A stretch of 64,000 nucleotides of DNA, taken from positions 25,110,001 through 25,174,000 of the forward strand of contig OZ024743.1 of assembly GCA_964016885.1 (NCBI GenBank), in the 5' to 3' direction. The stretch's first letter is position 1, and every line of letters starts with the position of its first letter. The notes under the pieces were generated by a model. The model made no database searches. It was not told the DNA's origin and saw nothing but the letters and a program-made list of their open reading frames with translations. The DNA comes from Eledone cirrhosa. Lineage: Eukaryota. A program made the translations under genes and the position numbers. Shown here piece by piece: positions 13,157-27,310 of this stretch.

Positions 13157-13455
13157 TAATGCCAGTGGTTGTAGGCGCTCTAGGAATGATACCTAAGGGG
13201 TCTAATGATTACTTATCGCAAATCTCAGGAAACCCGCGTATAGGAGAAATACAAAAGATAGTACTAATGGGAACTGCCCATATACTAAGGAAGATTCTGT
13301 CAATATAAGTACATCACAAGTCTAAACACCTAAAGATGCATGTGTGTGTATGTATGTTCTTTCTTGAACATAGCGGACCTTGTTGTCTCTTGAGGTCACT
13401 GGTTGTGACTTGGTGATAACTCGTATGAACATAAAGCAAGATAAATGCAACTATA
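13153..13455 (+). mobile_element. Short 3' fragment of an R4/Dong-clade LINE in (AAT)n
   Basis: Encodes IMPVVVGALGMIPK...IQKIVLMGTAHILRKILSI*, the C-terminus of a restriction-like endonuclease. (AAT)n on both sides. Confidence 0.8.
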
Positions 13456-13472
13456 ATAATAATAATAATAAT

Positions 13473-13645
13473 GCTTTATTAACCACAAGGGTTTACACAA
13501 AGTAAGACATTAAGGTCAATACAGGACAATACAGGACAATACAGAACGGTACAAATGGGTATTTCTGCGTGTAAAAAAAACAAAAAACAGAGGATGTAAC
13601 AAAAAAGAAACAATGAAAAATTCCCCAATAGGGGAGAAACTTCCG
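13473..13645 (-). mobile_element. 3'UTR fragment of a Tx1/L1-like LINE relative
   Basis: ctttattaaccacaaggg and ttccccaatagggg motifs shared with 30927 and 36396. Confidence 0.55.
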
Positions 13646-13654
13646 AGGGAAAAG

Positions 13655-15963
13655 GGGATTAGTGAACAAGCACACCAACAACCTGATTTGAGTATCACTG
13701 TTGAAACTCTGAAAGGGCAGGCCAAAAAAGTAACCAACTGGAAATCATCAGGCCCAGATGGTGTGCAAGGGTATTGGATTAAAAATATAACATCCCTCCA
13801 CCCGAAACTGACAACCATGTTCAATGACTGCTTGATGTCGGGTGAGGTACCAGAGTGGTTGACAAAAGGTACCACAGTTCTGGTAATGAAAGACCGAATC
13901 AAGGGTAATGATGTTACCAACTATACGCCTATCACATGTCTTTCCGTAATGTGGAAACTGTTAAGAAGCATTGTGTCTGAGGAAATCTACCATCACCTCC
14001 ACATAAACAACTTGTTACCGGACGAACAGAAAGGATGCCGAAAGAAGTCCCGTGGTACAATATAACAGTCACTTATTGATAAGATGGTAATGAGGAATTG
14101 CAAGAGGAGACACACTGGTCTTGCCATGCCATGAGATGGATAGATTACAAAAAGGCATTCGACATGATACCTCATTCTTGGATAACAAAAAGCCTAGAGA
14201 TCTTCAAGGTGGCAGATAACATCAGACAGATGTTGAGCAAAAGTATGAAGTCCTGGGAAACAGAGTTAACATCGGGTGGAGAATCCTTGGGAGGCGTGAA
14301 GATCAAGAGAGGTATCTTCCAGGGAGATAGTTTGTTCCCTCTGCTGTTTGTCCTTGACCTGATACCCCTGACTGTTATATTGCGAAAAGTGAGAGCAGGA
14401 TACAAGTTGGGAAAAGGAGAGCTTACCATCAACCAGCTCCTCTTCATAGACGATCTTAAACTCTTTGGGAAGAGTGAGAAGTAGTTGGATATACTTGTTG
14501 ACACTGTCCGTATTTTCAGCAATGATATATGTATGCAATTTGGTATTAATAAGTGTGGAGTCCTAGTGATGAAGAGGGGTAAATTGAGCAGGAGAAACGG
14601 AATCCATGTACCAACAGGTGAGATGATAAAGGAAATTGACACTGAAGAGGGATACAAATATTTAGGTGTTCTGGAGGCAGATGTCATCAAGAACAAAAAA
14701 AAATGAAGGAATTGATAAGATCTGAGTACATTAGGAGAGTAAGGAGCGTATTAAAGTCACATCTGAACAGTAGGAATGCCATAAGTGCAGTGCATTCCCG
14801 AGCTGTGTCTATTATTAGGTACAGTGCGGGAATTCTGAAATGGAATGTTGATGAAAAAAAGAAATGGATAGGAAGACTAGGAAGCTATTGACTATCTACA
14901 ACATGTTCCACAAAAGGAGTGATGTCGATAGACTCAACTTAAAGAGATTCTGAAGGTGGAAGAGGTCTTATCAGCATAGAGGACTGTGTTCAGAAGGAGA
15001 AAAACAACCTGCACAAATATGTGACTGACAGTAGGGAGCCAATGCTCAAAATTGTACTGAAGGAGAAGACAATAGACCAGGGGATGTCCAAGGAGGAAAT
15101 AACAACAAGGAGGAAGAGCAACCTTCATGAAAAATCCCTTCATAGTACCTTCTTTAAGAAAACTGAATTTAGAGATCCACAGACATGGAACTGGTTAAAA
15201 AGAGGAGACATTAAAAAAGCTACAGAAGGAATGCTAATGGCTGCGCAAGAGCAGGCCCTCAGAACGAAGTCGGTGAAACACCATATTTACAAGGAGGAGG
15301 CTAGCCCACTGTGTAGGATCTGTGGAGAGAGAGAGAGGAGACTGTGGCTCATATTGTATCCGAGTGTAAATACCTAGCCCAGACTCACTATAAAGGCTGG
15401 AGTCATGATGTGATGGGCAGGGTGATCCACTGGCACCTATGCAAAGTAAACAATTTACCACATTCTGAGAGTTGGTATGAGCAAAAGCCAGAGTCGGTGA
15501 TAGAAAACGATCAGGTGAAGGTGCTGTGGGATTTTAGGATATAGACGGACAAGAAACTGGAACACAATAGACCTGACCTGGTAGTTTTGGACAAGGACAA
15601 AAGATCGTGCCTGATTGTAGATATGGCCTGCACATTCGACACGAGAGTGCAAGAGAAGGAGAGGGAGAAAATTAACCGATGCCAGGACTTAAAGTGGGAG
15701 GTAAAAAGGATTTAGAACTGCCATGAAGTCAAAGTGGTCCTGATTGTCATAGGCGCACTAGGTACTATCTCAAAGAGTTTCCAAGGATGGTTAAAGAAAA
15801 TTAGTCCAGCCCCGCTTTTTGGAACACTTCAAAAGGCATGCTTGCTGGGAACAGCAAAAACCCTCCGATACGTCCTGAATATCTGAGGCTGCAGGTATTG
15901 GCTTGATATTCATTTCAACAAACTTTCCAGTTAAATAACATCAATGACTGAGACTCAAAGAAC
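13655..15963 (+). mobile_element. 5'-truncated, disrupted R4/Dong-clade non-LTR retrotransposon (RT, CCHC knuckle, RLE endonuclease)
   Basis: RT motifs GPDG, EQKGCRK, WIDYKKAFD, GIFQGDSL, LLFIDDLKL and YKYLG. Zinc knuckle CRIC...HIVSEC. Endonuclease RPDL...IVD motif and GALGT...LQKACLLGTAKTLR. Several stops and frameshifts; ends in (AAT)n. Confidence 0.92.
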
Positions 15964-15991
15964 AATAATAATAATAATAATAATAATAATA

Positions 15992-16500
15992 ATTTCTTTA
16001 TTGTTAGTGTAATATCGATGAATAAGAGGATAATGAAGGGACGTGGGACTAAATATGGCGTAGTATACACAGAAATCAGATTAATAATTGTTTCTACATT
16101 TGGCACAAGGCCAGTAATTATCCCAGTGCATTACTGGTACTTTAATTTATCGACCCCGTAATGATGAAAGGCAAAGTTAACCTCGGTAGGAATTGAACTC
16201 AGATCATAAAGGGACGTAACTCTATGCTGCGAAGCAAGGTGCCCGACGCTCTACTGATTCATTTCTTTATTGTTGCTGTAATATCGACGAATAAGAGGAT
16301 ATATAAAAGGGACGTGTGATTAGATATGGCGTAGTATACACAGAAATCAAATTAATAATTGTTTCTACTTTTGGCACAAGGCCAGCAATTACCCAGTGCA
16401 TTACTGGTACTTTATTTTATCGACCCCGTAAGGATGAAAGGCAAAGTCAACCTCGGCGGGATTTGAACTCAGATCGTAAAGGGAAAGCATAGCGTCCGAG
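15992..16500 (-). mobile_element. Two tRNA-derived Nin/Deu-domain SINE copies in a tandem duplication of about 270 bp
   Basis: SINE core (reverse complement) GAGTTCAAATCCCGCCGAGG..GCCTTTCATCC..GGGGTCGATAAA..AAGTACCAG. About 90 bp of flank (atttctttattgtt...cagaaatca) is duplicated with it. Confidence 0.85.
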
Positions 16501-16589
16501 AAAAGGATGGTATACATAATATACAAATGTGTGATAGTCTCCAGTAACCTGAAAGAACCAATACTATTCTGAAGGGTCTTTCATATGTG

Positions 16590-17050
16590 TTTATATGACT
16601 TTAGGGGATTGTTGATAGCTAGCCCAACTATGCAAACGAGTCTTTTCAGGCTTATACACTGTCCAACACATTTATTAAGGAGGTAGCAGCATGTATTCTT
16701 TCTGTCTCATATTCCTCCCCAAGTAGCATTTGAAAAAAGATAAGTGCTTATGCGAAGGAAAAATGTCTGCCTTCAATCATTTCAATCTTGATTGTCATAC
16801 TAGCAGAGATGGAAACCTCTTTGTTTTTCCCTATTAAAAGACACCGAACCTCATAATGTACTCGGCTGGTCAGTTCTTTACAGGCTAGCAACTATTCGAC
16901 ATAACTCTACAAGTCTGCAAAACATACGGGGTTATATCGGAGTGGGTACGAGGAGAACGCTTTCGTCGTTCTGCGCACATCTCGAACAGGTCCACTTGAT
17001 AGCACTTTCGTGCAAGAACAGTTTATCTTGAACTAGCAATGGCGCCACTC
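16590..17050 (-). pseudogene. Highly decayed RTE-like 5'UTR/APE endonuclease remnant
   Basis: Minus-strand fragments VHYEVRCLLIGKNKEV (like GTWNVR.L..GK..E) and VGLAI, plus weak similarity to the RTE-derived element. Confidence 0.35.
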
Positions 17051-17359
17051 AATAGCACTGCCTTGCTAGCAATTCCTGAAAATTCTTCATAGTCATCGCG
17101 CTATAAATCCTCGGGATTTGAAAGCCTACTCACTTATATTTAGGTGTTGACCGCATCGATTTCCCTGGTAACTGATACCATGATTATGACGTCATGTATG
17201 TAGACTGACACAATCAACTAACACCTAAGATCGATTCTGCTATGTGCCAGGAAACACTTGAAACGACGTATTTGGAACTTGAATTTGTTTCGGTAGGTCA
17301 TTATATATATATATATATATGTATGTGTATGAATATATATATATATATATGTATATATT

Positions 17360-17445
<86 letters not shown>

Positions 17446-17450
<5 letters not shown>

Positions 17451-17810
17451 ATACTTTGGGAGGGTCATGTTGCCAATAAGAAACACACGCACCAGTTGCT
17501 TTCACTTCAATTTATTATAATAAATTTATAATAAATTTATAATAAATTTATAAATTTCTGGTTGGTTGGTTGGTTCCACAACCAGATAGTTGTTTATATA
17601 TTGTCATAGTTCTTTCGTCACACACTCTGTGACCTCTTCAGTGACTGGGGATTCCTTTCTTTGTTTCTGTGCCTCTCCTTTGTTCTGTCCTACGCCATTT
17701 TGTTTCTGTGTGTGTGTTTCTTATTGGCAACATGACCCTCCCAAAGTATAACAATATCGGTTTCAACACACGATTTCAGATAAAGAATCTTGCTAAACAA
17801 ATTCAGAAAT

Positions 17811-17812
<2 letters not shown>
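17446..17812. mobile_element. Fold-back PLE-like element between (TA)n tracts
   Basis: Arm attgttatactttgggagggtcatgttgccaataagaaacacac is inverted at about 17712-17755. Family copies at 23863, 49055 and 50661; relative at 39828. Confidence 0.85.
17603..17645 (-). ncRNA. Type-I hammerhead ribozyme
   Basis: Minus strand reads gtca-CTGAAGA-G-GTCACA gagtg TGTGAC-GAAA-GAAC-TA-tgac. Confidence 0.85.
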
Positions 17813-17864
<52 letters not shown>

Positions 17865-17969
17865 TACACATACATATACATGCATATATATAAAGAGCAA
17901 AGTAACTCAAGAGAGTCAACGGCCATCGAATAAAGATTTCTATTTTTTGTTTTTGAGCGAGAGACTCGT

Positions 17970-18290
17970 AGCCCCCATTAAGACATCTCTCTAGGAGAAG
18001 ATCACTTTGATATAAAACCTGTGACTTCGTCTGCATCCAATGATGTAGACTAGTTCTTCTTTTGGGGTAAATACATTCGATGTTCAGAGAGTGGGATTCA
18101 CCCCGTGCAAAGCCTTTCCTCACTTAAAAAAAGGTTCAAACACAGGCACCACTTGATATGTTATACCTTTTGCAATGCATAGTATGGCTGGCCATATGCA
18201 AGTCCATAGAAGAACTAAAAAGTCACGTCCGTGATGCCCATGCTTAAGTATCAAGCGATGGTATTACTAGAAATCGAGTTGCAGTTATCA
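17970..18290 (+). mobile_element. Diverged copy of the RTE-derived element
   Basis: Shares ctaggagaag..tgatataa..cctg, atccaatgatgt.gact.gttcttcttttt and actaaaaagtcac with 25743-26352(-). Confidence 0.55.
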
Positions 18291-18364
18291 CCATCATATA
18301 TATATAATATATTTATATTTATATTTATATATATATATAATATATATAATATATATGTGTGTGC

Positions 18365-18433
<69 letters not shown>

Positions 18434-18938
18434 CTCATTCAAATACAGCCACGCACATACATGTACAAAAAAATAAAACGTATTTATACACGAGTATGTG
18501 TGTGTTTGTGTACGTGCGTGTTTGCTTGTTTTCTCATATGCCAAAGGTTAACGAAACACAGAAATGTTGGCATGGCTTATAATTAATATCCAACGTTTAA
18601 CTTAAATTCAGTCATGACTAATCAGATTACTGTAAAATATTATAGTAGCCTACAGATATTCACCGTAGGATATTTATCCCTGGCCATTTGTTATTAGTTA
18701 TCATCTATCAACTATTCATTTATCGGTTATCCGGTAGTGTTTAATCCGTAATTGACTGTCATCAAACACCGGTGATCGGTTAGCGTAAAACGTAACAATG
18801 GTTAATTATGACATGAAAAAGATTTCGAACAGTAAAATAGACAAGAGAAATAAACATGCATTTGAACATGTGCGCATACGTACAAACGCCATCGAGCACA
18901 CACAAATAAACGCTTCAAGAAGTATTACATTATATAAA

Positions 18939-19040
18939 AGTTCAAATCCCGCCGATGTTAACTTTGTCTTTCATCCTTGCGGGGTCGACATAATAAAGTA
19001 CCAGTAATGCACTGGGGTAATTGCTGGCCTTGTGCTAAAA
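18939..19040 (+). mobile_element. Partial tRNA-SINE
   Basis: gttcaaatcccgccga...tttcatcc..ggggtcga..aagtaccagtaatgcactgg. Confidence 0.8.
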
Positions 19041-19192
19041 GAAGAAATAATTAAATAAAATTTCACACTCACATACAGCGCATGTGATCTTTCAAATAGA
19101 AACACACATCTGTAAATATAGATATGACAATATCTACTCACACACACACACACGCATATATGTATTATATATATATATATATATATGCATAT

Positions 19193-19255
<63 letters not shown>

Positions 19256-19281
19256 TATATACATATATATATAATATATGC

Positions 19282-19406
<125 letters not shown>

Positions 19407-19521
19407 AGAATTAGTATATCTAGTAACATATATATACACACAGATGCATACTTATGCTACCAAATATATAGGTTTTGTCTTAGTAACTTTGTGGTTCAAT
19501 GCATGGGGTTGCAGAACAGTA

Positions 19522-19754
19522 ATATGAGAGACGTAAAATAAGAAAATTATAAAATTAACTTACTTAATAAAATTTCACTCCCAACTAATTAGTTTCTGAA
19601 AGGGAATAAACATACTTTCCGAAGAAGTACGAAAGGCTACTCTGTACACTTCTTCGGAAAGTATGTTTATTCCCTTTCAGAAACTAATTAGTTGGGAGTG
19701 AAATTTTAGTAAGTAAGTTAATTTTATAATTTTCTTATTTTACGTCTCTCATAT
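19522..19754. mobile_element. Fold-back element abutting (TA)n
   Basis: Near-perfect arms of about 108 bp with a short spacer. The centre reads CCGAAGA-A-GTAC-GAAA-GGC-TA (HHR-like). Confidence 0.85.
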
Positions 19755-19788
19755 ATATATATATATATATATAATATATGTACATATG

Positions 19789-19842
<54 letters not shown>

Positions 19843-19889
19843 ATACATATATATTTATATATACATACATACACACACACATATGTATG

Positions 19890-19949
<60 letters not shown>

Positions 19950-20127
19950 GATGAGTGTATGTACATACATATACACATACACATATTTTGATGCACAAAT
20001 TATGTAACTGTTTTCAGCCACAGGAATATTCTTATGATGGGTTACCTCTTTTTAAGGATAATTATATCAACCTTATGCAGGTGCAGATAAAATAGAGTGA
20101 CTCCACTCCACAAATATTTGGCATTGT

Positions 20128-20426
20128 AATAATTGTTTCTATTTTTGGCACAAGGTCAGCAATTATACCAGTGTATTACTGGTACTTTATTTTATCGATC
20201 CCGTAAGGATGAAAGGCAAAGTTAACCTCAGCGGGATTTGAACTCAGTCCGTAAAGGGACGTAACTTTGCTGCAAGGCATGGCGTCCGACCCTCTACCGA
20301 TACTGCCAATTCACCGCCCTTTGCATTGTAATAATTGTTTCTACTTTAGGCACTAGGCCAGCAAATACCCAGTACATTACTGGTACTTTATTTTATCGAC
20401 CCCGTAAGGATGAAAGGCAAAGTTAA
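20128..20426 (-). mobile_element. Tandem tRNA-SINE copies (one full, one partial)
   Basis: SINE core and A/B boxes on the minus strand. The junction ttgcattgtaataattgtttcta is repeated. Confidence 0.85.
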
Positions 20427-20532
20427 TGCAACTAATTTAGAATTCAATATCATATACATTTACATGCCTATATTATCGTACTATATTTTTGCATATATAT
20501 ATATATACATACATACATACATATATATATAT

Positions 20533-20712
20533 ATTAACGGGATCTTCTGAAACTCAGAAGATCCCGTTAAGGGTGAAAGCAGCGATTCTTTGCTTAAACT
20601 TTAATCTGTTATTTTAATAAATATTTGCTCTAGGGTTCTTATATATTTGATATATATTTATCCTTATCGAGCCTTCTTTGGATTTTAGTCTTCACATTTA
20701 TTATTATTACTA
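20533..20712 (+). mobile_element. (TA)n-flanked short element family with a terminal hairpin
   Basis: Begins ttaacgggatcttctgaaactcagaagatcccgttaa. Other copies at 33385-33502, 51335-51405, 55995-56140(-) and 63630-63690. Confidence 0.8.
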
Positions 20713-20714
20713 TA

Positions 20715-20756
<42 letters not shown>

Positions 20757-20820
20757 TAATATATATGCATAATATATATATATATATGCATAATATATAT
20801 ATATAGATGTATATATACAT

Positions 20821-20924
<104 letters not shown>

Positions 20925-21204
20925 CTTTAGAACTGAGGTTAACAAAACCATCCATTATTTAAAGGAATTAAAAAAATATACATATATTCGTTGAATCTGC
21001 ATACTTTCCTTTTATTTTTACAGATTTATATCTAGAATATATATCATTTTCTAATCAGAATCTCTCTATATATATAGGTTATTCCCTACCCCGCCCGCCC
21101 CCCCCCCCCAAATATGTATACACTTTCATTATCTAGACAATATTTATTATGACGCTCAGCCTTTCAAAAAGAAAATGATCTACAGACATAATTCAATTGT
21201 ATGC

Positions 21205-21336
21205 AAAACCCCCAAAATGTTTACATAATTTAAATAATGCAAATAATTTATAAATGCATATAAAACAGAATTTATTTTAATGCATATTTTTCTGTTGCTG
21301 TTCAAGTGTCTATAGACTTTTTTGGGACACCCTGTA
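21205..21336. mobile_element. Decayed Tc1/mariner MITE
   Basis: Right TIR ttttttgggacaccctgTA (reverse complement TACAGGGTGTCCCAAAA) resembles the 39618 element. The left TIR is degenerate. Confidence 0.55.
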
Positions 21337-21384
21337 TATATAGAATTTGCGGTGCTGAGATTGGGGAGACCACTAATATATATA

Positions 21385-21468
<84 letters not shown>

Positions 21469-21530
21469 CACCAAGAGATGTCAAAATGAATGGACCTATT
21501 ATTTTTATCTAAAGACATTTTTTCCAATTC

Positions 21531-21688
21531 CATCCCGACCGTCCCCTTAATCTATTTTATTTCTCATTCTTTCTTCTGATGAAGGACTAGCGTCCGAAAC
21601 GTTGATACCCTCTTCCTGCTATATCAAGCGTTAACCTAATTTATACCTTCCATATACTGTACCGATTGTGTTGTTATTTCTGTTTACC

Positions 21689-21693
<5 letters not shown>
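21531..21693 (+). mobile_element. Penelope-like pLTR fragment, family copy 2, with an HHR at 21572-21607
   Basis: CTGATGAAGGACTAGCGTCCGAAACGTT is identical to the copy at 11241. Ends in (CA)n. Confidence 0.8.
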
Positions 21694-21765
<72 letters not shown>

Positions 21766-21836
21766 GAATTTGTGTGTTTGTGTGTGTGACACAAATAAGA
21801 GTATGGTTTTGCGTGTCTGTGTATGACTTGTTAATT

Positions 21837-21992
<156 letters not shown>

Positions 21993-22195
21993 AATTAACA
22001 ATATATATATATATTAAAGAGTTAAACAAGATTCAATGAGTACATCAAAAAATAAGTTTTACAGTAGATTGGAAGCACTCTACAGTAAAAATATTCCAGA
22101 GTTATTAATGATTAGTTGAGTTTTCTCATAGGTTAATCACTACCTTGATTAAATCTTAACCATTTAACATCTCAGGGTATGTCATGTATCATTAT

Positions 22196-22248
22196 ATTTT
22201 GTCTGATGAGGACGTACTGTTGTACCTCTGAAATATGTATAATAAAAT
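22196..22248 (+). ncRNA. Type-I hammerhead ribozyme
   Basis: attttgt-CTGATGA-GGACGTAC tgtt GTACCTCT-GAAA-TATGTA-TA-ataaaat. Helix I is 7 bp. Same lineage as the 11726 HHR. Confidence 0.8.
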
Positions 22249-22288
22249 CTAATTGATCAAAAGAACATCTATTTTATTAATATTTGTA

Positions 22289-22380
<92 letters not shown>

Positions 22381-22839
22381 TATACTGGTAATAAGGTTAT
22401 TAAGAAATTACTGACCTTCCTATTTGTGGTTGTTTATACTATATACATAACTACAAATAGTATTATTATTATACATATACATATATATATATATATATAT
22501 ACATATATATACATATGTGTGTGTGTTTATATCTGTTCATTGTTTTTTGTTCTTTTTGTATTTTTCTTCTTTTATTTCTCTTTATTGTTTATTCTTTATT
22601 GTTTACTCTTCAGAAATTTTAGTGAAATTGTCTCCCTTGCGACACAAACGGAAATAATTTCCATTTTGATTTTCTTATATTTTTTTTTCTTTTATGTCCT
22701 TTCTTTATATCTCACTCAGGGCAACTTTGTATTTCATCATTATTGACTCGATAAACTAAAGTAATTCTCTGTAACTGGGGAACAGTATAATCGATTCTGT
22801 AGTCCTGCCATCTCCACGTCTGCCTAAATTTGGAATTAC

Positions 22840-22885
22840 TATCATCATCATCATCATCGCCATCATTATAATCATCATCATGATT

Positions 22886-22935
<50 letters not shown>

Positions 22936-22972
22936 GACCATCATTATCATTATCATCATCATCATCATCATT
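22840..22972. repeat. (ATC)n microsatellite
   Basis: Direct reading. Confidence 0.95.
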
Positions 22973-23410
22973 ATTTCAATAATTACTTTTTTTTCATTGT
23001 TTTGTATAACATATCAGCTCTTGTCAAGGAGATCGACGCACAAAATGTCTTCCGGTTTGAAATATTCTAGCCGGATCTTATAGTTTTCTTATATATAATG
23101 TGATCAAGATCAGATTATCTAATCTTTCCCCTTTGGTTTTAAGTTCAGTTGTGATTTCATAGAGACTTTTGTTACTATTTCTAGTATTTCGAATAACCAT
23201 ATAGAGGCTTAATTGCCACAAAGTTCGATTTAATATCCCTCTCATCCTGTCGGTATCAATAAAATATGTACCAATCGTTAGAGAGATCTATTCCACCGAC
23301 TATAACAGATTCTTTTCTCATTAAACAAAAAACTTGTCAAATCAATATTAACAGTATATAATGTACATATTCACATATATACCCAATGATACAAACACAC
23401 ATATACACAC

Positions 23411-23475
<65 letters not shown>

Positions 23476-23744
23476 GAGAGAGAGAGAGTGACGAGGCGTG
23501 TTTAGGTAGGATAAGCGATATAGGATGGAGGTTGATTCAGAGGCATATTGTCTGTAAGACAAAGTTCAGATGGTTTGATCGGTTATTCACTAGTTATGTC
23601 TTATCTAACACTGCCAATGAGATGTTGGTGGTCACCTCTGTTTGGCGATGTCTAAATAGCTTTTGAAATTACAAATAAATATGAACTTTTCATCGGTCAT
23701 GAGTTTTGTTTTGTTTTCACTTTGTATTGTATACACACACACAC

Positions 23745-24101
<357 letters not shown>

Positions 24102-24327
24102 CATTTCTTGTTCGTCTACTCTCTATTCCCTAGTAGCTTAGGCTTTATAAGCTATAGATGAAGCTGTAGAATCGGACCCATAGCGTCGTTGTCCCTGTAT
24201 CTGTGTTGGATATGAAATTTTTGCCCGAGCTGTGTTCTTATTTGAAATGCCAGCAGAATTGGTCCTCATATATATACTGAAAGCGATAAAGATAGATAGA
24301 TAGAGAGAAAGAGAGGGAGGAGAGAAA

Positions 24328-24365
<38 letters not shown>

Positions 24366-24382
24366 CACACACACACGCACAA

Positions 24383-24902
<520 letters not shown>

Positions 24903-24906
24903 AATA

Positions 24907-25014
<108 letters not shown>

Positions 25015-25372
25015 TATATACTTATATATCTGTAGCTATGAAGGAGAGCTACATAGATAGTTAGATAGATAGATAGAGAGAGATGGATGAGAAAGAGAGA
25101 GATAGGGGTGGTAGTGCAAGAAAGGAAATGCACATGTACAGAAATGTACGATGTATAGTCATACAGATGCGGAAAATAATATTCTAAGCAAGTATTCATT
25201 ATACTGTTCAGGTCATTGGCATCTGTTGTTCTTAGATTATATATACATATGCCACATTAATGCCCCGAATATATATTCGTTGTGCGTTAACTTTATATCA
25301 TATTCAGACTATTTGCCTCAGGCAGTAAGACAGTATTGGCACACATAATCTAATGGATAGTTATTCAACGGC

Positions 25373-25629
<257 letters not shown>

Positions 25630-25669
25630 ATAAATATACATACTTATATATATATATATGTATATATAA

Positions 25670-25742
<73 letters not shown>

Positions 25743-25745
<3 letters not shown>

Positions 25746-26348
25746 TGGCTGCCAACTCGTTTTCGAGTACGGCCACTACTTTATATCCATGTAGGAGAAC
25801 CCCTACCGATGCGCTGAACGAATGTGACTTTTTAGTCCAGCCAGCGACTTGAAAACTCTGGTACAAAGACTACACTTGTGACCATTATTGACACATAGTG
25901 CAGGGCCCATGGTACCATGTGATGACAAGTGCAGAGAGATCTCCAGATATAAAGCAATGCCTGTGCTGTGAAGCTTTTATAGTGAGCAAAGGCACTGCAC
26001 AAAGCCAGTCCCACTCTCTTAACCAAGATGATATTTACCAAAAAGAAGAACAAGTCAACATCATTGGATACCATCAGGGTTGCAGGTGTTATATCAGAGT
26101 TTTCCTTCTCCTAGAATTCTGCCTTGACAAAGGCTAAGGGGTCATCTCTCCCGGTGATTTTGGATGGCTATTGACTCTTAAGAGCTCCCTTGCCCTTTGA
26201 CAGGTTTTGTTTTTAGTCCTGCAGGATGTCCAAAGTCACCCTCCTCACCAAGAAACCTTGGTGGGGTTGCCAGTTTAGTCGCCAACGACCCGACCATGAG
26301 ACAGGTTGTACTGGGATACATGTTACCAGTAGCACCAACTGGTGACCT

Positions 26349-26352
<4 letters not shown>
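25743..26352 (-). mobile_element. RTE-derived non-autonomous element (longest copy) between (TA)n tracts
   Basis: Carries the RTE 5'UTR-type motif AGGCA..TCTAGGAGAAGGAAAACTCTGA. No ORF. Matches 9547-9882. Confidence 0.7.
26270..26327 (-). ncRNA. Candidate HDV-like ribozyme (degenerate) near the 5' end of the RTE-derived element
   Basis: P2 CCAGT/ACTGG, L3 containing ACC, GG for P1.1, P4 TCG-TTGG-CGA, J4/2 CTAA. P1 and P3 are imperfect. Confidence 0.4.
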
Positions 26353-26406
<54 letters not shown>

Positions 26407-26810
26407 TATATGTGTGTCTATGTATGTGTGTGTGTTTGTGTGTATTTTACAACTGTACTCTTTGTGCACGCTTTCATGCACAGTCATACATATTTTATAC
26501 GTATATACAAACATATATATATATACACAGACATATATAGTATATATATATATATATACTTATATATACTTATATATATATATACTTATATATACTTATA
26601 TATATACACACATATATATATTTCTCTATATATATATACACACACCCATATATACATATATATGACTGTACATTAAAGCGTGCATATATGCATGTAAGTA
26701 TACATATACAGTATTATATAGTGAGTACAGTTGCAAAATACACACACACATGCGCAAACATATGCTGCAATATACATGTGTACCGTATATGTGTGTCTGC
26801 GCCCCCCCCC

Positions 26811-26844
<34 letters not shown>

Positions 26845-27310
26845 ATGCATGCCTGAGTGTTTAGACGTACATAATACCTACAAACATAAAAAAGTGGTAA
26901 GTAAACGGATGGATGAATGGATGGATGGATGAATGAATGAATTTATGGATGTATGGAATTTATAGATGAACGGTTGGATGGCTATGTGGAGGAATGTTAG
27001 ACGTATACATGGTTAAATACGTAGATGGCTGGTTAAATTTAAATCATTGGATGCTTCGATGGAATTTTATTTTTTATACTAAATATAGACTCGGTATCTG
27101 ACAAATATTAATGAAATAAGCACAAACGTATTATAAGCCAAATCTCCCGTAAATTATTGACGAAACACACAAGAAATATATGAGAGATAATATAAACATT
27201 TAAGCACAATAATATGGAATTAGATAGGGAATTTAATAGGTAACTTGTACAAAGTTGACACAAATAAAATACAAAATGCACAGAAAGCTCATGTAAAGAA
27301 ATGTAAATAT

